Source: Paraspadella gotoi (taxonomy: Eukaryota > Animalia > Chaetognatha). Taken from it: a DNA stretch of 9,885 nt. Of the stretch, positions 1 through 8,745 are shown one piece after another; within the stretch, counting starts at the first letter, position 1; each line of letters opens with the position of its first letter. The stretch lies in NCBI GenBank assembly GCA_051294375.1, contig JBJCIZ010000095.1:1-9885 (forward strand), read 5' to 3'. A program made the position numbers and the translations under genes. Under the pieces are notes generated by a model that did no database searches, was not told the DNA's origin, and was given only the letters and a program-made list of their open reading frames with translations.

Positions 1-2179
1 CGAATTTTGACGTAAATCGAACAACTGACCATATGATACAAGTGTGGAAGGAGGCAAGAAAGGAAACCCGTGGACTGCCCCTTCAAGTCTTATTTAACAG
101 ATTTTCGGAAAGACTGTCGACGGTAACCCATTCATGGCAAGCAATGGGCCCAATGTGTGAAACGGCAATGGAAAAAATGGAAGGTGCAATGAGAAAAATT
201 ATAAGAGGAGCCATCCCAGGCCTAACAGGGGTACACGGGAATGGCCTACCGACATGGTTTATCCACCTCCCCGCGAGGTTCCTCGGGTTGGGGCTCCCGA
301 GCCTAAGGGAAACTATCATAATTGGTGGAATTAGGTCAGCGGGTCTACTTCTGAACTTGACAACCACCACTAAGGGTCAGGATAGTCCCCTAGGGAAAAT
401 GCTAAAAGACGACTTCCTTTACTACGCGTTGGAAGTCGCAGCAGCAAAGAACTGGCGGAGCCGCATCATTGAAGGAGTGATGTGTCCAGAAAAATCGACC
501 TACCCAGCGGTAGAGTATAGGAGCATGAGGCGGGTAATCCCCCTCTCCATCCTAAAAGGAACAGGACCCATCTCTCTACCAAAGATAAGAGCGAGGGCGG
601 CAGAATCTCAATACAATGGAGTCTTGTCCTGTCTAGCAACAGTGGGAGCGCGTGCTGAGGAAGGAGCAATAATCTTTGATGGAAAAAAGTCCCGCAGGGT
701 AACTGCGATACCTGACGCAATAAAAGCAGCAAAAAAGAGACTGCGAGAGGTTGATCCTGACAACAAGAGCGCGGCTCACCATTCTCCGGCAACTATGAAC
801 TCAACAATGGTGGACAATGCCAAACATGGGAAAACGTGTCTAGGTGACAAGAGCCTAAAGACACCCAGAAGAATCCACGACCTACTGGAGGCTAAACTAA
901 TACTAGTGGCAGGAGCAAAGAATCAAACGATAGCAGGTAAATACAGGAAAGCAAGTGTCGACAGGGGTAAGCCCCACCAACCTTGGAAAAAGGAGTGTAA
1001 CGCATGTGGAGAAAGGACCCCAGCAATTTCAGTTCTAAATCACGTTTACGCAGGTCCCCCAAGCAAAGGAGGAGTATGTCCAGCAACAAGAAGTTTAGTA
1101 GTCAAGAGACATGATGAGTTGGCTAGAACGTACGCGGACGCATTCGCGGAAAAGAATGCGGAAAAGAGGAGTTTTCCAAGAACTTTCATCGAAGTTCCCA
1201 GTTCTACAAATTTGCAGAAAATCAGAGATTGGCCCCTCCTACACCGAAGGGTGGGAGCCAAACCTACGGACAAGAGAGTAGATGCGGTCGTGACTCAAGG
1301 AATGGAGGCTTTTGCCTTCGAAGCATCAGTGACAACGAAAAGTGCCCGTACGGCACTCAAGAGTCAGCAACTGCACGCGTACGTCATGGACCTGGAAAAA
1401 GCCTCGGGGATCCCCCCGAGAGGGTGGCCACCACAGGTGGTCTGGAGAAAAATAGGACCAGATGCTATAATAGGACGAGCCACCCCACTTCCCGGAGGCG
1501 GGGTTGTTATGGTTCTCGCTCACGCCAAGAGCAGTACGATCATTATCCGAAGGTTCAGAGGTGCTGCAAAAGCAAGAAAGGAAGCAATCCATGCATTCAT
1601 AAGGACCACGTTGGCCCTTGTCCAAGGCACCAAAAGGATGGTCATATACACTGCAAAAGAACTGGAGTCCCAACTACGGATCCCACCACAAGAAGGGGTA
1701 TACACAGCGCTCCTCCCCTTCAGAGCAGCTAAAGATAAAAGAGCAAAGAGGAGAAGACAGCTCCTCTGTGCAACTCAGCCAGAGATAGTGACTGGGCCCA
1801 GGGCAAAACCCCTGGCCCGAGACCTTGGCCTGGCATGGCCAATGGACAACCCAGATGGTCAAAGAGATCCCGGAATTTTAACGATTAAAGAGGTCCTTGC
1901 CTCTTATGACCCGATGGGCACAGCCTATCCGCAGACAGTCAGATCCTTCGAAAAATACGCAAGTGTCTCCCTCTCCACGGAACCAGGAGCAAAAGTCATC
2001 AGCTACATAGCACAGATGAAGTCAGCATGGCTACGCGCAATTCACAGAAACAAGAAGTCAGGACGTCTCATACAAGCGCCAAAGATATATAGACAGAAAT
2101 AGATTAGAGCCAAAAGCAAAAGACAGTTTAGGTAGTTCTATTGAACCGTTTACATGTTTTAGTGTCGTATCTTTTACAA
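1..2179 (+). mobile_element. RLE-type non-LTR retrotransposon, copy 1 (5' end outside the window)
   Basis: Contains the ORF above. Its 3' boundary is defined by where identity to copy 2 ends (...gtgtcgtatcttttacaa at 2179 and 8627). Confidence 0.85.
33..2102 (+). CDS. C-terminal part (RT thumb/linker, CCHC zinc finger, restriction-like endonuclease) of an RLE-clade non-LTR retrotransposon protein; frame is open back to the window start
   Basis: Post-RT motif FIHLPARFLGLGLPSL (aa 76-91, cf. R2-group h.p...GGLG.p.l); C322-x2-C325...H337...C349; KRHD (aa 358-361); FIE (E387); KRVD (D417, PD-equivalent); FEASV (E430); K443; terminal RLE-like motif VLASYDPMGTAYPQTVRSF (aa 621-639). Codons from nt 3 (NFDVNRTTDH) are in frame with no stop. 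Confidence 0.88.
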   Translation: MIQVWKEARKETRGLPLQVLFNRFSERLSTVTHSWQAMGPMCETAMEKMEGAMRKIIRGAIPGLTGVHGNGLPTWFIHLPARFLGLGLPSLRETIIIGGIRSAGLLLNLTTTTKGQDSPLGKMLKDDFLYYALEVAAAKNWRSRIIEGVMCPEKSTYPAVEYRSMRRVIPLSILKGTGPISLPKIRARAAESQYNGVLSCLATVGARAEEGAIIFDGKKSRRVTAIPDAIKAAKKRLREVDPDNKSAAHHSPATMNSTMVDNAKHGKTCLGDKSLKTPRRIHDLLEAKLILVAGAKNQTIAGKYRKASVDRGKPHQPWKKECNACGERTPAISVLNHVYAGPPSKGGVCPATRSLVVKRHDELARTYADAFAEKNAEKRSFPRTFIEVPSSTNLQKIRDWPLLHRRVGAKPTDKRVDAVVTQGMEAFAFEASVTTKSARTALKSQQLHAYVMDLEKASGIPPRGWPPQVVWRKIGPDAIIGRATPLPGGGVVMVLAHAKSSTIIIRRFRGAAKARKEAIHAFIRTTLALVQGTKRMVIYTAKELESQLRIPPQEGVYTALLPFRAAKDKRAKRRRQLLCATQPEIVTGPRAKPLARDLGLAWPMDNPDGQRDPGILTIKEVLASYDPMGTAYPQTVRSFEKYASVSLSTEPGAKVISYIAQMKSAWLRAIHRNKKSGRLIQAPKIYRQK

Positions 2180-3783
2180 GAAGAGAAGAGATAAATATCT
2201 CCAAACTCGCAGGGGAATCCATGCCGACAACCTGGCGCACCATCCCTGAGGCCATTCCGATTGCAAAAAACCAATTTCCACTTTCACTCTTTTCAAATGA
2301 CCTTTTCACACAATTCTCGTTTGTCCCTCATCCATCTTTGTCCACACAACTCAAGAATTCATCTTGAATTATTACCAGTCTATATCTTCCTTCACTAAAC
2401 TACCACCATAAATGTTTCATTATGAGCAACTTGACAACCCCCTTCCGTGAAAACCTCTCCTTATTTGTCCTTGTTTATTTTTCTCGTAAAGCAATAAATT
2501 AAATTTCCTCCCCCACACTCGAGTTTTTTTCAACTCTACTAAAAATAAGCTAATCCTGGCTCATTGACTTTCAAAATGTGTAAACACGTGAAACCTATCC
2601 TTGCTTCCTTCGGCTTTCCTTTCTTCTTCTTCTGCTAATCTTTTTCCTTGATCCAGAACTAAAATGAATTTTTATTTAAAATTGATCCCTACCTTCTCGA
2701 AATCTCATTTTCCAAGGCCTTTCCTTTTCCTTTTCTAAAAACCCTCTTAAAGCAATTTAGTTCTTTCCCATTCTTTTTCTCCTTCGGCCAAAAATCTATA
2801 CTTACGCTGCGCACTATGGATTTAGCACAGGTCCCAGCACCATCTCCTATAATTCTCAAAATTCATGTTTATCCCCCTATAATTTCGCCTAAGTTATCCG
2901 CTCACGCAACATCCCTAGAAATAATCAAGATCACTCAAAAGGAAACATAATTCCAATACCCACATCCTAGTTTAAATTTTTTCTTGAAATCTATCTTCAA
3001 TAATTATGCCAAATCCTAACGCTCGGGATCATGGATGTGGCTGGTAATTTTATATTCACACGCCCACCATCATAGCCTCTGTCCACATAAACTCTGTCTA
3101 TCCTACTTTGTATTCTCTGGCCCATATTAAACAAGTAATTCATTCGCGTCCCTTTTAATAGTCTAAAACATCATGCAACTTAAAATTTTGTTTTATAGGA
3201 GTAAAAATATCCCTCTAAATTGTCTATAATAAGGTGTTATAAGTCAAAGCACTTCTATCTCTATTTTCTTCAACAAAATTAAAATCACACCATAAATAAC
3301 ATTATCAACAAGAATTATCAATCCATTCTCAATTTATTTAACGATGTACTATTACTGGAAACAATCACTCTTTCCAATAAATCAACAATAAAATTAACGC
3401 AAGTCGCCAAAAACCCACACGTTTTTAATTTTACTGACATAATCCTACCAGGTAAACTAACAACTCGTTTTCACAAACTTCCCAATCATCTGACACAATG
3501 CATAATATTCCAGCATAATCATCTCCATTCAACAGCTGGACTATGAAACACTGATACCTTAGTTTCAAATATCATTGACGGCCTGACATAAAGTTAGCAT
3601 CGTCCTTACAATGTGTCTCTTGAAATCCCCAAAATCCTAATCCTCTGTCAGCATTAAGTAATGCCAAGCAACCAGTTAGGCCCTTTCTCTGAACTCAGTT
3701 TAGCCATGCAACCCACCACTTATTGCCAATGTAAGGCAACCCTGTACTACCTCCCACCTGGACTTCAGAGTATTATCTTTCAT
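2180..3783 (-). pseudogene. Frameshifted ORF2 of an L1/Tx1-like non-LTR element: APE endonuclease plus linker, truncated at RT domain 0
   Basis: Manual minus-strand translation gives motifs in canonical order: GFQETHC (QETH 3611-3622), DYAGILCIV (~3494-3520), LPGRIMSVKL (PGR 3444-3452), DFNFVEENRDR (DFN 3278-3286), QSRIDRVYVD (3081-3110), LGCGYW (~2953-2970; GYWKLN-like), EPGLAYF (~2543-2563), APG..GFPCEF (2203-2238; PGPDG..EF-like). Candidate ATG at 3781-3783. Confidence 0.85.
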
Positions 3784-3901
3784 CGAGCTGCCATTAATAA
3801 ATATTAATATTTTTACTTCCTAATGCATAGATGTAAATATTAAATAGCTATAATGAATTGCTAAATAGAACTAATTTATAATTAAAGCATCAATAAAAAA
3901 T

Positions 3902-6150
3902 TCAATAATAATTACTAATAGCTACCTTTTGCTGTGTCCTCTTCCAGCTGTAGTAAACGATCCTTTTGAGCGATCCCTTCAACCTGTGGCACCGCGCATG
4001 AAAGTCGGTCTTTGAAAACCCACTGGCGTTGAGGAATAACAGATGGTCGAAGTCGAGGGTTGAGATATGCGAGAAAAGCGATTTTGCGAACCTAGAGGAA
4101 TTGAAGATGCGAAGAAATATTGCCAAAAGTCTTTGAATGGTGTCAGAATCACAGATGATCGTGCACGCTGTTTGGTAAAAGGATCCGGAACGGGAGGCCA
4201 CGGCTCATTGATGGAGAGAAATCATCAGGATCGCGTGAGGTTCATTTGCGTAGGTGTAGTTGGAGTTGTTTGTTGCAAGGAATTCTGTGCTTCCTGGGAT
4301 ATCCCCCTGTATCATCTGCTGCGTCTGTTGCGGTGGATTCTGATTTCTTTCTTTCTCTTCTTTTCTTGCTCCCACCACTCCCAGCCGCTAACTTCACTCC
4401 TTTCCACCTGCCCTTAATCTCCTTCTCTATCAAGGCTCCTTGCAGTTCGATTCACCTCCGCAGCAACTCCATCACCGCCGGCTCCTTCCTCACCATCTCC
4501 AGCTCCACCAGATCACGCTCCATCTCGCTTCAGCTTCATCTCCCCAATCTCCACGACTTCCTCCACTACATCATCAATCATCATCCAAAGGCGGACACCT
4601 TCCTCTGAGGATGGAGACGGCTGCATCTGTAACACCCATGATTTATAGTGTCCAGAAACCCCCTTTGTATGGCACATGCCTGCACTTCCATCCCAGCAAA
4701 ACCTTCACCCTCGTCGCCCCTCTTCCAAACCATCTCAACCTCCTCCAATACCTTTTGTAGTTCCTGATGGTGAATAGTGCGTAACATCATCTACATAATC
4801 AAGCGTCTGCCATACCACTCGCAGTTCCTCCAGCGAAATTCCATCTGTCGCTCCACCTTGCAGCCACTCCCTTCATCGCAGCCCTCACCATAGCCGCAGT
4901 TTGATCCCCACCAAGCTTCGATTCTCCAAGGAATAGACAACACGCATCGCCAAACACTCATCTTTTCAGCGCGAGCTACCGGCGGACCAACATTCGATAG
5001 CGCCAGCTGAATGGTAGCTGGCATCTCGATTCTTCTACAGTACCCAGATCATATTTGCTCCAGCCTGCATCATGCATGCTGTGAGGCTTGTGGTTCGGCC
5101 ATATCGTTATTGACAGGTTGGAGATGTGTCCGATTTCTTGCTCACGGCATTAGCATCAAAACGTCGTGATCGCCGTATCCATAGCTAATCGTCATAAGGA
5201 GATGAGGCAACAAAAAAGCATAGACGCTGGCCCTCCCTTGCTTTTTCTTGTCCTTTCGGCTCCATGGGGCATCGTCATCGTGTCGATACCATACTCGGAG
5301 AATGTCTGAGAATCATATTCTAAGTCTTATAACGATAACATCACATCTTCATCTGTCATTCAGCACTTTCGCTCATTGTCATCACGGGCCTTCAACCAAA
5401 TCGCAAGCATTATCGTCTGTAAGAGTGCGGTTCCCTCGTGGTACCTTCCGTGCCGCGATCAACTTCACAACCTGTCAGCTATCAAAATGTCAATCAAAAG
5501 AATAGACAGAATTTGGGAGACGACTCATTGCACCCATTACAAAGACAGAATCTTATCCAAGTTCCTGGTTTTTCGATTCTCTAGGGCGCAAAAGGACCGC
5601 GCATTAGTGATCACGCCCCACTAAGTTACCTCTCCAGCCTGAAATTCGCGGAGAAAACGCGGCCGTCCTCTCATCCCCTGTAATGACATTGTAGTCCGGC
5701 ACGGTTCATTCCTGTCAATACTGGAATGCCACGATAACCCGGTCTGGCGATCTAAACTCATTTACCTGATGTCTTTCAACTCAAATCTTCCACTGTGAAT
5801 GGCAACAGGCCGGTAGATTCCGACAGAATCGCAGTTCAAACTCGCTGGGTGAAGTACACCATTTTACCTGATTTGTAGTTTTATTTAGAAGTTTTTATGC
5901 TTATTTATTTCCGTTTTATGCACTTATTTTATCGCCCGTTGTTATCAACCGTTTATCGTCGTTTTTTATTTCGTTATTTAGCAGTTCTATATTATCCGGT
6001 TTTACTTGCATTGGTTTTATCCGATTTTTATTTTTGTTTTATACCGTTTTATTCATTAGTTTTTAATCCGCGTTTTTTATCCTGTTTTTTATCCGGTTTA
6101 TTATTTGTTTCTTTCCCCTTTTCTATCTGCCTTTAATTTTCATGCTTTTT
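3902..6150 (-). pseudogene. Frameshifted ORF1 (gag-like, zinc knuckles) of the L1/Tx1-like element; start uncertain
   Basis: Lies upstream of and co-oriented with the APE ORF2. Fragments: RIEKPGTWIR (5551-5580), LRVWYR (5283-5300), a C..IGH..C-like motif (5112-5149), C..CHTKGVSGH...CYRCSRLHPQRK-C (4595-4690, across frameshifts), a Glu-rich stretch (~4400-4580), and a C-terminal 99-aa frame stopping at 3902. Confidence 0.6.
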
Positions 6151-6200
6151 AATTCTTTTTATTAGATTTTTACTTAGTTTTCAATTTCTTTATATTTACC
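5875..6200. repeat. Low-complexity T-rich tract with a recurring (t)tatccg/ccgtttt motif
   Basis: Repeated ttatccgg, ttatccga, ttatcctg, ataccgtt. Minus strand reads as K/N/D-rich peptides (NNKPDKKQDKKRG; VKPDNIELLNNEIKNDDKR). Confidence 0.6.
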
Positions 6201-6393
6201 CTGATCTCTTGAGATCGGACAGTAACCCAGGCCAACAGCGACACGTAAGCAAAAGACAAGACGACGGACCCGGCGCCGAGACAATCGGCAAACACGCAGC
6301 GAAGAGTTCGAATAGAAAACAGGTTTTTCAGAAAAGTAGACGCTAATTAGCGCAAACCGAGTGTGTCGTAATTAAAGTTAATTATAAACATAG

Positions 6394-6434
6394 TTTTTAA
6401 TTTTTTAATTTTTTGATTTTTGATTTTTTATTTT
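6394..6434 (+). repeat. (T4-6 + A/AA/GA)n T-rich tract abutting the 5' end of RLE copy 2
   Basis: Six T runs separated by aa, aa, ga, ga, a, directly visible and followed by gagcag. Confidence 0.75.
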
Positions 6435-8627
6435 GAGCAGCTAAGTTTTCTATTTGAAACGGATACTTTGGTCGCGAATTTTGACGTAATCGAACAACTG
6501 ACCATATGATACAAGTGTGGAAGGAGGCGAAGGACCGTGGACTGCCTTCAAGTCTTATTTAACAGATTTCGGAAAGACTGTCGACGGTAACCATTCATGG
6601 CAAGCAATGGGCCCATGTGTGAAACGGCAATGGAAAAAATGGAAGGTGCAATGAGAAAAAATTATAAGAGGAGCCATCCCAGGCCTAACAGGGGTACACG
6701 GGAATGGCCTACCGACATGGTTTATCCACCTCCCCGCGAGGTTCCTCGGGTTGGGGCTCCCAAGCCTAAGGGAAAACTATCATAATTGGTGGATTAGGTC
6801 AGCGGGTCTACTCTGAACTTGACAACCACCACTAAGGGTCAGGATAGTCCCCTAGGAAAATGCTAAAAGACACGACTTCCTTTACTACGCGTTGGAAGTC
6901 GCAGCAGCAAAGAACTGGCGGAGCCGCATCATTGAAGGAGTGATGTGTCCAGAAAAATCGACCTACCAGCGGTAGAGTATAGGAGCATGAGGCGGGTAAT
7001 CCCCTCTCCATCAAAAGGAACAGGACCTCTCTCTACACAAAGATAAGAGCGAGGGCGGCAGAATCTCAATACAATGGAGTCTTGTCCTGTCTAGCAACAG
7101 TGGGAGCGCGTGCTGAGGAAGGAGCAATAATCTTGATGGAAAAAAGTCCCGCAGGGTAAACTGCGATACCTGACGCAATAAAGCAGCAAAAAAGAGACTG
7201 CGAGAGGTTGATCCTGACAACAAGAGCGCGGCTCACCATTCTCCGGCACTATGAACTCAACAATGGTGGACAATGCCAAACATGGGAAACGTGTCTAGGT
7301 GACAAGAGCCTAAAACACCCAGAAGAATCCACGACCTACTGGAGGCTAAACTAATACTAGTGGCAGGAGCAAAGAATCAAACGATAGCAGTAAATACAGG
7401 AAAGCAAGTGTCGAAGGCAGGGTAAGCCCACCAAACCTTGAAAGGAGTGTAACGCATGTGGAGAAAGACCCCAGCAATTTCAGTTCTAAATCATGTTTAC
7501 GCAGGTCCCCCAAGCAAAGGAGGAGTATGTCCAGCAACAAGAAGTTTAGTAGTCAAGAGACATGATGAGTTGGCTAGAACGTACGCGGACGCATTCGCGG
7601 AAAAGAATGCGGAAAAGAGGAGTTTTCCAAGAACTTTCATCGAAGTTCCCAGTTCTACAAATTTGCAGAAAATCAGAGATTGGCCGCCGTCCTACAGCCG
7701 AAGGGTGGGAGCCAAACCTACGGACAAGAGAGTAGATGCGGTCGTGACTCAAGGAATGGAGGCTTTTGCCTTCGAAGCATCAGTGACAACGAAAAGTGCC
7801 CGTACGGCACTCAAGAGTCAGCAACTGCACGCGTACGTCATGGACCTGGAAAAAGCCTCGGGGATCCCCCGAGAGGGTGGCCACCACAGGTGGTCTGGAG
7901 AAAAATAGGACCAGATGCTTATAATAGGACGAGCCACCCCACTTCCGGAGGCGGGGTTGTTATGGTTCTCGCTCACGCCAAGAGCAGTACGATCATTATC
8001 CGAAGGTTCAGAGGTGCTGCAAAAGCAAGAAAGGAAGCAATCCATGCATTCATAAGGACCACGTTGGCCTTGTCCAAGGCACCAAAAGGATGGTCATATA
8101 CACTGCAAAAGAACTGGAGTCCCAACTACGGATCCCACCACAAGAAGGGGTATACACAGCGCTCCTCCCCTTCAGAGCAGCTAAAGATAAAAGAGCAAGA
8201 GGAGAAGACAGCTCCTCTGTGCAACTCAGCCAGAGATAGGTGACTGGGCCCAGGGCAAAACCCCTGGCCCGAGACCTTGGCCTGGCATGGCCAATGGACA
8301 ACCCAGATGGTCAAAGAGATCCGGAATTTTAACATTAAGAGGTCCTTGCCTCTTATGACCCGATGGGCACAGCCTATCCGCAGACAGTCAGATCCTTCGA
8401 AAAATCGCAAGTGTCTCCCTCTCCACGGAACCAGGAGCAAAAGTCATCAGCTACATAGACAGATGAAGTCAGCATGGCTACGCGCAATTCACAGGAAACA
8501 AGAAGTCAGGACGTCTCATACAAGCGCCAAAGATATATAGACAGAAATAGATTAGAGCCAAAAGCAAAAGACAGTTTAGGTAGTTCTATTGAACCGTTTA
8601 CATGTTTTAGTGTCGTATCTTTTACAA
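6435..8627 (+). mobile_element. RLE-type non-LTR retrotransposon, copy 2, 5'-truncated and frameshifted as sequenced
   Basis: 6475-8627 aligns by eye end-to-end with 1-2179 (ATG equivalent 6506, TAG 8548-8550). Differences are mostly 1-nt indels. No RT core upstream, only the T-tract. Confidence 0.88.
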
Positions 8628-8745
8628 CGTTTACATTTTTGTCAGTGTCTCTGTACCATGTCTAATCCCCATTTTATGTGTCTCTTGTACTTGTTCAGTA
8701 TATCATCTCGTATAACTAATTTTCCTTTTTTATTTCACCAAGTCA

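Larger units (their letters stand above)
2180..6320 (-). mobile_element. L1/Tx1-like non-LTR retrotransposon, 5' half (putative 5' UTR, ORF1, AT-rich spacer 3784-3901, ORF2 APE), 3'-truncated
   Basis: ORF1-spacer-ORF2 order and APE motifs. The GC-richer 6200-6320 segment is a plausible 5' UTR; this boundary is approximate. Confidence 0.72.

Noticed and set aside
83-1862. Short antisense and alternate-frame ORFs over the RLE ORF (and their equivalents in copy 2)
   Set aside because: Shadow frames of the long ORF with no recognisable motifs.
4067-4760. Plus-strand Ser/Leu/His-rich ORFs
   Set aside because: Antisense reading of the purine-rich minus-strand ORF1 region.
5897-6136. Hydrophobic 79-aa ORF resembling a membrane protein
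   Set aside because: Phe/Leu/Tyr richness is explained by the T-rich low-complexity tract.
2180-6200. Alternative genetic code (TAA/TAG read-through) as the explanation for the broken minus-strand ORFs
   Set aside because: Motifs fall in different frames, so indels are required; the RLE ORF reads normally and ends at TAG.
1-8627. The two 2.2-kb direct repeats as LTRs of a single element
   Set aside because: The repeats are protein-coding RLE sequence, and the interior is an antisense APE-type non-LTR fragment with no recognisable protease, integrase, PBS or PPT.
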